From Candidatus Methylomirabilia bacterium (GTDB lineage: Bacteria; Methylomirabilota; Methylomirabilia; Rokubacteriales; CSP1-6), in assembly GCA_041496385.1 (NCBI GenBank), contig JBGQEL010000104.1, forward strand, positions 1 through 14,972: a stretch of 14,972 nucleotides of DNA. Reading direction: 5' to 3'. Position 1 is the stretch's first letter, and the number at the start of each line of letters is the position of its first letter. Positions 7,532 to 14,972 of this stretch are shown here, one piece after another. The notes under the pieces are model-generated. The model was not told the DNA's origin, ran no database searches, and saw only the letters and a program-made list of their open reading frames with translations. A program made the position numbers and the translations under genes.

Positions 7532-8530
7532 ATGATCGCGACGAAAACACTGGCGGCCGCCGCGGCCGCGCTCGTCATCTTCGCCGGGGGCGCCCCCGGC
7601 GCCCGCGCGCAGCAGCAGCCGGTGAGTCTCGCCTTCGCCACGCTCGACAGCGGCAGCGCCTGGTACATCTACGGCGCGACGATGGCGGAGCTCATCAGAA
7701 AAGCGCTCCCGGCCGGCTCGAACGTCGACGTCAAGCCGCGCTCGGGCGGCGTCGGCAACCCCAAGCTGGTCGCACGGAACGAGACGCCGATCGGGTTCGC
7801 CTTCACGGTGACGAACCGCTGGGCCTACGAGGGCAAGGAGGCGTACGACCAGAAACTCGACAACCTGCGCGCGCTCGTCGGCGGCCTCGACACCTACTAC
7901 ATGATCGCGGTCGCCTCGAAGAGGCTCGCGATCAACTCGGTGAAGGATATCCGGGACAGGAAGCTCGGGGTCAAGGGCACCTCGCAGCCCGTGGGCTCGC
8001 TCGGCGAGTTCTCGGCGCGCCAGTTGCTCAAGGGCGCCGGCATGAGCTACGCGGACATCAGGACCTGGGGCGGCTCGATGCAGCACGTGGGCTACAACGT
8101 CATCGTGGACGCCTTCAAGGACGGCCGCGCCGACGTGCTGTTTGCCGTCATCACGCCGAAGCACCCGTCGGTCACCGAGATCGCCAACGACGTGGACGTG
8201 AAGTTCCTCGGTCTCGACGCCGAGACCATCAAGGCGCTCCAGCCCCTCGGCTATGTCCCCGCGACGATGCCGGCGAACACCTTCAAGGGACAGACGGAGC
8301 CCGTCCAGACCGTGGGCTTCCCGACGGTGCTCATCACCAACAAGGACCTCCCCGAGCCGATCGCCTACACGATCACGAAGACGCTCGTGGAGAACAAGGA
8401 CGCGCTCGTGCGCGGTCACGCGGGGCTCTCCGAGTTCGACCCGAGGACCGCCTGGCAGCCGGACAAGGTCGGGATCCCGCTCCACCCGGGCGCGGAGCGG
8501 GTCTACCGGGAGAAGGGCTGGATGAAGTAG
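7532..8530 (+). CDS. TAXI-family TRAP transporter solute-binding protein, 332 aa
   Basis: ATG 7532 after SD GAGGAG. It has a signal peptide (MIATKTLAAAAAALVIFAGGAPGARA-QQ) and the TAXI hallmarks ATLDSGSAWYIYG, GGVGN, NLRAL, IPA/MPANTFKGQ and a C-terminal GIPLHPGAERVYREKG. Confidence 0.88.
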   Translation: MIATKTLAAAAAALVIFAGGAPGARAQQQPVSLAFATLDSGSAWYIYGATMAELIRKALPAGSNVDVKPRSGGVGNPKLVARNETPIGFAFTVTNRWAYEGKEAYDQKLDNLRALVGGLDTYYMIAVASKRLAINSVKDIRDRKLGVKGTSQPVGSLGEFSARQLLKGAGMSYADIRTWGGSMQHVGYNVIVDAFKDGRADVLFAVITPKHPSVTEIANDVDVKFLGLDAETIKALQPLGYVPATMPANTFKGQTEPVQTVGFPTVLITNKDLPEPIAYTITKTLVENKDALVRGHAGLSEFDPRTAWQPDKVGIPLHPGAERVYREKGWMK

Positions 8531-10411
8531 TTGAAGGCCGCCCGCATCGGGCTGGCGGCGGCCTGGACGCTGTTCCAGCTCTACACGGCGCAGGCGGGGC
8601 TCTACGACCTCCTGATCCAGCTCCCCCTGCACGCCGCGTTCGCGGTCGCGCTCGCGTTCCTCACCAACCCAATTCCCGAGTCGGCCGCTCAGGCCGAGGC
8701 GCTGACGCGGCGCCCGAAGCGCCGCTGGCCCGACGCGCTCGGCGCGCTGCTGGCCGTCGGGTGCGCCGCGCACTACGTGTTCCACAACGCGCGCCTCGCC
8801 TCCCGCATGGCGATGGTGGACGATCTACCGCCGACCGATCTGGCGGTGGGAGTGCTCTTCGCCCTGCTGCTCCTCGAAGCCGCGCGGCGTCACATCGGCC
8901 CCTCGCTCCCGATCCTGGCCCTCGCGTTCGTCGCCTATTCGTTCGCGGGGCCCTGGCTGCCGGGCTTCCTGGCGCACGGGGGCGAGGGCTTCATGAAGCT
9001 CGTGGACGGGCAGATGTTCACCACGGGCGGGGTCTTCGGCATCCCGACGCTCGTCTCGGCGACGTTCATCTACCTGTTCGTCGTCTTCGGTGGCGTCATG
9101 TCCTACGGCGGGCTCCTCCGCTTCTTCACCGACGGGGCGCTCGCCGTCGCCGGGCACACGCGCGGCGGCGCGGGCAAGGTCGCGGTGATCGCCAGCGGGC
9201 TCTTCGGCATGGTCAACGGCAGCGCGATCGCCAATGCCGTCACCACCGGCGCCTTCACGATCCCGCTGATGATGCGCGCCGGTTACCGCCCAGCCTTCGC
9301 GGCCGGCGTCGAGGCGACGGCCTCGATGGGCGGCCAGCTGATCCCACCGGTGATGGGCGCCGCCGCGTTCATCATGGCGGAGACGCTCGGCGTCTCGTAC
9401 GCGACGGTGGCGCTCGCGGCGGCGATCCCGGGCGTCCTCTACTTCATCGCGGTCGGCGTCATGGTCCACTTCGAGGCGGCGCGCCAGGGGCTGCCGGTCC
9501 TGCCGCGCGCCGAGCTCCCGCGCCTCGGCGCCGTTCTCAGGCGCGACGTCCACCTGCTGGTCGGGCCCGCGCTGCTCGTCTGGTTCCTCGTCGAGGGCCG
9601 ATCGCCGCTCTTCGCGGGATTCTGGGCGCTCGTCGCCGCCCTCGTGGCGAGCCAGGTACGGCGCGATACCCGGATCGGCCCGCGGCAGGCGTTCGGCATC
9701 CTCGTGGACAGCGCAGGGAGCGCGCTGCCGGTCGCGCTCGCCTGCGCCACGGTCGGCATCGTGGTCGGCGTGGTCTCGTCGACGGGCCTCGGCCTCAAGC
9801 TCGCGGGCGGCATCGTCGGCATCGCGCAGGGGAATCTCCTGGCGACGCTGGTCCTCACGATGATCGCCGCGCTCGTCCTCGGCACGGGTCTCCCGACCTC
9901 GGCCACCTACATCATCACCTCGATCATGGCTGCGCCCGCGCTCGTCCAGCTCGGTATCCCGAAGCTCGTCGCGCACATGTTCGTGTTCTACTTCGGCATC
10001 CTCGCCGACCTGACGCCGCCGACCGCGATCTCGACCTACGCGACCGCGTCCATCGCCGGCGCCGACGTCTGGAAGACCCAGTGGACGGCCATGGCGCTGG
10101 CGCTGTCGGGGTTCATCATCCCGTTCAGCTTCGCCTACGATCCGGCGCTGATGATGCTGGGCGCGGGCGTCACCCACATCGTGCTCCGGACGCTCGCGGC
10201 CACGCTCGGCATCGTCATGCTGGGCGCGGGCGTGATCGGCCATCTGCGCGGGCCGACCCGCCGCTGGGAGCGCGTGCTGCTGCTCGTCGGCGCGTTCATG
10301 CTGATCTTCCCCGGCGCGCTCAGCGACGCGTTGGGTGTAGCATGCTTCGTCGCGGTCTACGTGTCGCAGCGCGCGAGGGGACGCGCCCGCGCGACGGAGG
10401 GCGGTCGATGA
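8531..10411 (+). CDS. TRAP transporter fused permease (4TM/12TM, TAXI-associated), 626 aa
   Basis: TTG directly abuts the binding-protein stop. The protein is highly hydrophobic. Motifs: LEAARRHIG, GVFGIP, GGAGKVAVIASGLFGMVNGSAIAN..TTG.FTIPLM, EATASMGGQLIPPVMGAAAFIMAE, LGTGLPTSATYII and AHMFVFYFGILADLTPP. Confidence 0.93.
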   Translation: MKAARIGLAAAWTLFQLYTAQAGLYDLLIQLPLHAAFAVALAFLTNPIPESAAQAEALTRRPKRRWPDALGALLAVGCAAHYVFHNARLASRMAMVDDLPPTDLAVGVLFALLLLEAARRHIGPSLPILALAFVAYSFAGPWLPGFLAHGGEGFMKLVDGQMFTTGGVFGIPTLVSATFIYLFVVFGGVMSYGGLLRFFTDGALAVAGHTRGGAGKVAVIASGLFGMVNGSAIANAVTTGAFTIPLMMRAGYRPAFAAGVEATASMGGQLIPPVMGAAAFIMAETLGVSYATVALAAAIPGVLYFIAVGVMVHFEAARQGLPVLPRAELPRLGAVLRRDVHLLVGPALLVWFLVEGRSPLFAGFWALVAALVASQVRRDTRIGPRQAFGILVDSAGSALPVALACATVGIVVGVVSSTGLGLKLAGGIVGIAQGNLLATLVLTMIAALVLGTGLPTSATYIITSIMAAPALVQLGIPKLVAHMFVFYFGILADLTPPTAISTYATASIAGADVWKTQWTAMALALSGFIIPFSFAYDPALMMLGAGVTHIVLRTLAATLGIVMLGAGVIGHLRGPTRRWERVLLLVGAFMLIFPGALSDALGVACFVAVYVSQRARGRARATEGGR

Positions 10412-11898
10412 GCTTCATGGACATGCGCGAGTGGATGACGCGGCTCGAGAAGGAAGGCGAGCTGCGCCGGATCTCGGCGCCGGTGGACTGGGACCGGGAG
10501 CTCGGCGCGATCACGCGGCGCGTTCTCGAGAGAAAGGGCCCCGCGCTCCTCTTCGAGAACATCAAGGGCTACACGAGCGGACGCTGCACGAAGCTCATGG
10601 CCAGCGGGCTCGGCAGCCGCGGCCGGCTCGCGCTGGCGCTCGGCTTCCCCAGGGACGCGTCGAACGGCGACCTCGTGCAGCACGTCATGAAGAAGAACCG
10701 CGAGATCCTTCCGCCCCGGCTCGTTGGGGACGGGCCGGTGAAGGAGGTCGTCGTCCACGGCGAGCAAGTGGACCAGACGGAGTTCCCGGTCCCGAAGTGG
10801 CACTTCCTCGAGGGCGGGCGCTACATCCACACGTTCTCGGGTATCGTCACGCGCGACCCGGAGACGCGCGTGATGAACGTCGGCATCTACCGCGGCATGA
10901 TCGGCACGAAGAACACCGCCCCGTTCCTCCTCATCAAGGGGGGCCAGCACTGGGGCCAGCACTTCCTCAAGTACGCGGCGCGCGGCGAGCCTATGCCGGT
11001 CGCCTGCGTGATCGGCTGGGACCCGATCATGCCGTTTCTCGCGGGCTCGCCGATCCCGGCCGGCGTCTGCGAGTGGGACGTGATGGGCGCCTACCGCGGC
11101 GAGCCCGCCGAGCTGGTCCGCTGCGAGACGGTGGACCTCGAGGTGCCGGCGAGCGCCGAGATCGTCCTCGAGGGCTTCATCAGCGACGATCCGGCGACCT
11201 ACGAGACCGAGGGCCCCTTCGGCGAGTTCACCGGCTACGTCTCCGACGTCCCGACGCCGCGGCCCACGATGCGGATCACCTGCCTCACGCACCGCCGCGA
11301 TCCCGTCTTCCGCGGCTGCCTCGAGGGCACGCTGCCGGGCTCCTACAGCGAGAACAGCGTGATGTCGTCGGTCCAGCGGGCGGCGATCGCCTGGAACATC
11401 CTCAACCAGGCGGGCATCCCCGGCGTGCGCGACGTCTTCGTGCCGCCGATCACCAACGGCGTGAACATCGTCGTGCAGATCCGGAAGGCCTACCAGGGCC
11501 AGCCCAAGCAGATCGCGGCGGCACTCTGGGGCAACAGCGCCGCGCAGTACCGGTACAAGCACGTGACGGTCGTCGAGGACGACATCGACGCCGCGTCGTA
11601 CGAGCAGGTGGATTGGGCCTTCGCCCACCGCGTGAACGCGGGCGAGGAGGGGATCGTGATCTTCCCGGGGATCTTCGGCTCGCCCATCGACCCGAGCACG
11701 CCGCCCGAGGACCGCGACGTCGCGCGGCTCGGCACCGGCCTCTGGAACCGCATCCTGATCGACGCGACGCGCTCGTGGAAGCTCCCGGCCCGTGCCGAGT
11801 GGGGCGGCGAGCGCTTCCCACCCACCGTGCGCCCGGCGCCCGAGGACGAGGCGCGCGTGCGCGAGCGCTGGGCCGAGCTGGGGCTCGGCGACCTCTGA
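10408..11898 (+). CDS. UbiD-family prenylated-FMN-dependent (de)carboxylase, 496 aa
   Basis: ATG 10408 overlaps the permease stop (ATGA), with SD GGAGG at 10396-10400; the 1045-aa ORF in the track is a spurious extension. Motifs: D.REW...LEKEGEL.RI...VDW, GPALLFENIKGY, EGGRY, RDPET..MNVGIYR, QHWG, VPASAEIVLEG, EGPFGEFTGY, VVEDDID, SPIDPS and LIDAT. Confidence 0.93.
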   Translation: MSFMDMREWMTRLEKEGELRRISAPVDWDRELGAITRRVLERKGPALLFENIKGYTSGRCTKLMASGLGSRGRLALALGFPRDASNGDLVQHVMKKNREILPPRLVGDGPVKEVVVHGEQVDQTEFPVPKWHFLEGGRYIHTFSGIVTRDPETRVMNVGIYRGMIGTKNTAPFLLIKGGQHWGQHFLKYAARGEPMPVACVIGWDPIMPFLAGSPIPAGVCEWDVMGAYRGEPAELVRCETVDLEVPASAEIVLEGFISDDPATYETEGPFGEFTGYVSDVPTPRPTMRITCLTHRRDPVFRGCLEGTLPGSYSENSVMSSVQRAAIAWNILNQAGIPGVRDVFVPPITNGVNIVVQIRKAYQGQPKQIAAALWGNSAAQYRYKHVTVVEDDIDAASYEQVDWAFAHRVNAGEEGIVIFPGIFGSPIDPSTPPEDRDVARLGTGLWNRILIDATRSWKLPARAEWGGERFPPTVRPAPEDEARVRERWAELGLGDL

Positions 11899-11905
11899 TC
11901 AGCGC

Positions 11906-13021
11906 ATGAGGATCACCGGCGTCGAGGCCGTCCCGCTCGCCATTCCGCTGGCGCCCGCCACGCCGCCCTCGCCCTGGGCCGCCGGGATCGGCCAGCAGGT
12001 GCTCGTGCGCGTCACGACCGACGAGGGCCTCACGGGCTGGGGCGAGTGCTTCGGCTACGGCGTGCCGCTCGCGGTCTGCGCGGTCGTCGAGGAGGCGCTG
12101 GCACCACTCGTCGTCGGCCAGGACCCGACGCGGATCGAGCACCTCGTGGACGCCATGCAGCGCGCCCTCATGATCTGGGGACGCCGGGGCCTCGCGATGA
12201 TGGCGGTGAGCGGCGTCGAGCTGGCGCTCTGGGACCTGACCGGCAAGGCGCGCGGCGTGCCCGTCTACCAGCTGCTCGGTGGCCTCTGCCAGTCGCACGC
12301 GCGCGTGTACGCGAGCCTCCTGCGCTACGAGACGCCCGAGAAGGTCCGCCAGGCGGTCTCGGCGACGCTCACCCTGGGCTTCACCGCGATCAAGCTCCAT
12401 CAGACCGACGTCGCGTCGGTGGCCGGGGCGCGGGAGCTCGTGGGCGACGGCGTCGAGCTGATGCTCGACACCAACTGTCCGTGGAGCGTGGAGGACGCGA
12501 TCCGGATCGGCCAGCAGCTCGAGCGCTACGACCTTCGGTGGCTGGAGGAGCCCGTCTGGCCGCCGGAGGACTACGACGGCCTCGCGCGCGTGCGCTCGGC
12601 CCTGCGGATCCCGATCGCCTGCGGCGAGAACGAGGCGACGGCCTTCGCCTTCAAGGCCATCCTCGACGCGGGCGCCGCCGACATCCTCCAGCCGAGCGTC
12701 ACGAAGGTGGGTGGGATCCTCGAGATGAAGAAGGTAGCCACGCTCGCCGCCGTCGCGGGCGCCACGTTCGTGCCGCACTCGTTCTATTTCGGCCCCGGGC
12801 TGGCGGCGACGCTTCACGTCGTCGCCTCGACGCCGAACGTGCCCTACGTCGAGTTCCCGCCGGGCCGCCTCGCGGCGCCGCTTCTCGCGGACCCGATCCG
12901 CTGCGCGGGCGGCGCCGTCACGATCCCCGATCGCCCGGGGCTCGGCGCCGACCCGGACCCGGACACGCTCGCGCGCTTCCCGTATCGGGCCGAGTCGGCG
13001 CGCCCGTTCTATCTGACGTGA
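11906..13021 (+). CDS. Mandelate racemase/muconate lactonizing enzyme family protein (enolase superfamily), 371 aa
   Basis: ATG 11906, 7 nt after the UbiD stop. Motifs: MRITGVEA, VRVTTDEGLTGWGE, SGVELALWDLTGKARGVPVYQLLGG, metal ligands LMLDTN / WLEEP / GENE, DILQP..KVGGI, PHS and PDRPGLG. Confidence 0.9.
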   Translation: MRITGVEAVPLAIPLAPATPPSPWAAGIGQQVLVRVTTDEGLTGWGECFGYGVPLAVCAVVEEALAPLVVGQDPTRIEHLVDAMQRALMIWGRRGLAMMAVSGVELALWDLTGKARGVPVYQLLGGLCQSHARVYASLLRYETPEKVRQAVSATLTLGFTAIKLHQTDVASVAGARELVGDGVELMLDTNCPWSVEDAIRIGQQLERYDLRWLEEPVWPPEDYDGLARVRSALRIPIACGENEATAFAFKAILDAGAADILQPSVTKVGGILEMKKVATLAAVAGATFVPHSFYFGPGLAATLHVVASTPNVPYVEFPPGRLAAPLLADPIRCAGGAVTIPDRPGLGADPDPDTLARFPYRAESARPFYLT

Positions 13022-13674
13022 GGCGGGCCCTCGTCTTCGACTTCGACGGCCTCATCCTCGACACCGAGGGTCCCGAGTTCCAGGCCTGGCAGGAGATCTA
13101 CACGGCCCACGGCTGCCACCTGGCGCTCGAGACCTGGGCGGCGTGCATTGGCACGCGGGACGCCTTCGATCCCTATGCCGACCTCGCCGCCCGGGCGGGC
13201 CGCGCCCTCGACACCGCGGCGATTCGCACGGCGTGCGAGGCGCGGGTCGGGGAGCTGATCGCGCGCGAGGCCGTGCGTCCCGGGGTGCGCGACTATCTCG
13301 ACGAGGCACGCGAGCTCGGTCTCGGGCTGGCCGTCGCCTCGAGCTCGTCGCGGCGATGGGTGGTGGGCCACCTCGAGCGGCTCGGTCTCGCCGACCGCTT
13401 CGACGCCCTCAGGTGCGCGGACGACGTGCCGCGGGTGAAGCCCGACCCGGACCTCTACTTCGCCGCGCTGGACGCGCTCGGGGCCCCGCCCGCGGCGGCG
13501 ATCGCGCTCGAGGACTCGCCGAACGGCGTCCTCGCCGCCAAGCGCGCCGGGCTCTTCTGCGTGGCCGTGCCCAACCCGGTCACGGCCAGGCTCGACCTGA
13601 ACGCGGCGGACATGCGGGTGGCCTCGCTCGACGAGCTGCCGCTGCCGGCCCTTCTCCGCCGCGCCGGTCGATAG
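13018..13674 (+). CDS. HAD-superfamily hydrolase (subfamily IA, CbbY/beta-phosphoglucomutase-like phosphatase), 218 aa
   Basis: GTG 13018 overlaps the upstream stop (GTGA). Motif I is [12 protein letters not shown], motif II AVASSS, motif III KPDPDLY and motif [20 protein letters not shown] at 13672-13674. Confidence 0.9.
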   Translation: MRRALVFDFDGLILDTEGPEFQAWQEIYTAHGCHLALETWAACIGTRDAFDPYADLAARAGRALDTAAIRTACEARVGELIAREAVRPGVRDYLDEARELGLGLAVASSSSRRWVVGHLERLGLADRFDALRCADDVPRVKPDPDLYFAALDALGAPPAAAIALEDSPNGVLAAKRAGLFCVAVPNPVTARLDLNAADMRVASLDELPLPALLRRAGR

Positions 13675-13719
13675 GACCCCCGAGGACGCCCGTCGCCCCA
13701 CGCCGCTCGCGTCGAGGGC

Positions 13720-13725
13720 TATCAT
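13720..13725 (+). promoter_or_regulatory. Possible -10 element (TATCAT) for a leaderless GNAT transcript starting at ATG 13733
   Basis: TATCAT matches TATAAT at 5/6 positions in an otherwise very GC-rich stretch. It is followed by exactly 7 nt and then the in-frame ATG at 13733. Confidence 0.35.
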
Positions 13726-14206
13726 GATCCCGATGGAGATCATCGAGGCGAGTGCCCGGCCGGACATCGAGCGCGCGCGGGGACTTTTCCGCGAGTATGA
13801 GACGTCGCTCGGCGTCGACCTCTGCTTCCAGGGATTCGAGCAGGAGCTGGCGGGGCTGCCGGGCGCCTACGCGGCGCCGAAGGGCCGCCTGCTGCTCGCG
13901 GTGGAGGGTGGCCGGGCCGCCGGCTGCGTCGCGCTCCGGCCGCTCGGCGGGGACACGTGCGAGATGAAGCGCCTCTACGTGCGCGCGGAGTTCCGTGGGA
14001 GGCGGCTCGGGCGGCTCCTCGCCTCGCGCATCCTCGAGGAGGCGCGCGCCGTCGGCTACGCGCGCATCCGCCTGGACACCTTGCCGTTCATGACGGAGGC
14101 GATCGTGATGTACCGCTCGCTCGGGTTCAACGAGATCACGCCGTACTACGCGAATCCGGTCGCGGGCGCGCTCTTCATGGAGCTGGAGCTGCGGCGTTCC
14201 GGGTGA
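13724..14206 (+). CDS. GNAT-family N-acetyltransferase (160 aa from 13724, or 157 aa from ATG 13733)
   Basis: Motifs: LFREY...[50 protein letters not shown] (acetyl-CoA-binding motif A) and [24 protein letters not shown]. Confidence 0.9.
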   Translation: MIPMEIIEASARPDIERARGLFREYETSLGVDLCFQGFEQELAGLPGAYAAPKGRLLLAVEGGRAAGCVALRPLGGDTCEMKRLYVRAEFRGRRLGRLLASRILEEARAVGYARIRLDTLPFMTEAIVMYRSLGFNEITPYYANPVAGALFMELELRRSG

Positions 14207-14215
14207 GGGCGGGGC

Positions 14216-14972
14216 TCAGGCGCGGGCGGGCTCGGCGACCGAGGCGCGGAGGACGAGGCAGAGCGGAATCGTCGCCAGCACGAGGACGGCCACGGTGAGG
14301 AGCGTCGTGGGGACGCCGACCGCGTCGCCGAGGAGGCCGTAGAGGGTCGGGGCGCTCGCGGAGGCGCCGACGGTCAGCGTGTAGTAGAGGCCGTAGGCGC
14401 GCGAGCGGCGGTCGGCCGTCACCAGGTCCGCGACGGTCGCGTACAGGACCGACGAGGTCCCGTTGAGCGCGATCCCGAGCGGCAACAGGACCCCGAGCGC
14501 GACCGGCAGGGGCGCGGCGACGATCACCGCGATGCCGAGGGCGGTCGCGCCTTCGGTCAGCACCACCGTGCGGATCACGCCCACGCGCTCGGCGACGACC
14601 CCGCAGACGAACTTGCCGACCGCGCCGCCGGCGAACACGAGCGCGAGGGCCGTTCCCACGCCCGCCACCGTCAGGCCCTTGGCGATCAGCAGGAACGGGA
14701 GGAACGTGAGGAGCCCCGTGCGCGTCGCGTTGTCGATCATGCCGACGCCCGCGAGCGCCTGAAACCCCCGGGCGTCCTTGATTCCCCAGCCGCTCCGCGC
14801 GCCCGCCACGTCCCGCGACCCGTCCGCCGCCGGTGCGCCGGCGCCGAGCCGCGCGAGGATGGCGAAGATCGCGAACGCGGCGGCGAGCCCCAGGACGCCG
14901 TAGCCGGCCGCGGCGGTGCGCCACCCGACGAGCGTCGCGACGAATGCGACGCTCGCGGGCACCGCGACCTTG
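14216..14972 (-). CDS. MFS transporter (Fsr-like), C-terminal part; 5' end outside window
   Basis: The frame stays open to the window edge (...KVAVPASVAF...). It has multiple hydrophobic helices, the MFS motif-A-like GKFVCGVVAERVG, and LYATVADLVTADRRSRAYGLYYT and PTLYGLLGDAVG. Stop TGA at 14218-14216, convergent with the GNAT gene. Confidence 0.88.
   Translation of the reverse strand, partial: KVAVPASVAFVATLVGWRTAAAGYGVLGLAAAFAIFAILARLGAGAPAADGSRDVAGARSGWGIKDARGFQALAGVGMIDNATRTGLLTFLPFLLIAKGLTVAGVGTALALVFAGGAVGKFVCGVVAERVGVIRTVVLTEGATALGIAVIVAAPLPVALGVLLPLGIALNGTSSVLYATVADLVTADRRSRAYGLYYTLTVGASASAPTLYGLLGDAVGVPTTLLTVAVLVLATIPLCLVLRASVAEPARA

Noticed and set aside
8761..11898. 1045-aa ORF suggesting a giant UbiD fusion protein
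   Set aside because: The first ~550 codons are Arg/Gly/Pro-rich off-frame reading of the TRAP permease. The real UbiD starts at ATG 10408 with its own SD.
10408..13674. Phenylphosphate carboxylase system (UbiD plus HAD as PpcD)
   Set aside because: Only one UbiD subunit is present, with no phenylphosphate synthase genes. The HAD is a CbbY/beta-PGM-like subfamily IA protein, not the KdsC-like type I recall for PpcD.
700..13767. Many long minus-strand ORFs (e.g. 1816-3135, 4082-5491, 7460-8785, 8825-10243, 10357-11628, 11450-12817)
   Set aside because: They are antisense shadows of real + strand genes, expected in high-GC DNA with few stop codons. I recognise no domains in them.
14204..14218. 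Terminator between the convergent GNAT and MFS genes
   Set aside because: The gap is only 9 nt. The TGAG...CTCA pairing comes largely from the two stop codons, and there is no U-tract on either strand.
1..14972. tRNA/rRNA genes, CRISPR arrays, IS elements, integrases or a compositionally foreign island
   Set aside because: Almost all bases are in recognisable CDSs and the longest intergenic gap is 49 nt. There are no spaced repeats or transposase/recombinase motifs, and GC and codon style look uniform by eye.

Overview
Very GC-rich bacterial DNA (roughly 70% or more by eye), almost fully coding. The + strand carries 14 co-directional, mostly overlapping or abutting genes. In order: the 3' end of coaD, a class I aspartate-type aminotransferase broken by a +1 frameshift near 736-741, coxG, a PaaK-like CoA ligase, an MDR oxidoreductase, an HmfD-like (2-furoate-CoA ligase-like) acyl-CoA ligase, an HmfE-like crotonase, an LLM flavin oxidoreductase, a TAXI-TRAP binding protein and fused permease, a UbiD-family (de)carboxylase, a mandelate racemase-family enzyme, a HAD hydrolase and a GNAT acetyltransferase. 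A convergent MFS transporter is cut by the right edge. The most interesting feature is the 1418-13674 block, which looks like an uptake and catabolism operon for an aromatic or heteroaromatic (di)carboxylate. It joins an anaerobic-phthalate-type module (TAXI-TRAP, PaaK-like ligase, UbiD) to a furoate-type module (HmfD/HmfE-like), without hmfABC, ubiX or a regulator in the window. Family calls come from motif recognition and remembered sequences, not database searches. No RNA genes, mobile elements or CRISPR arrays were seen.
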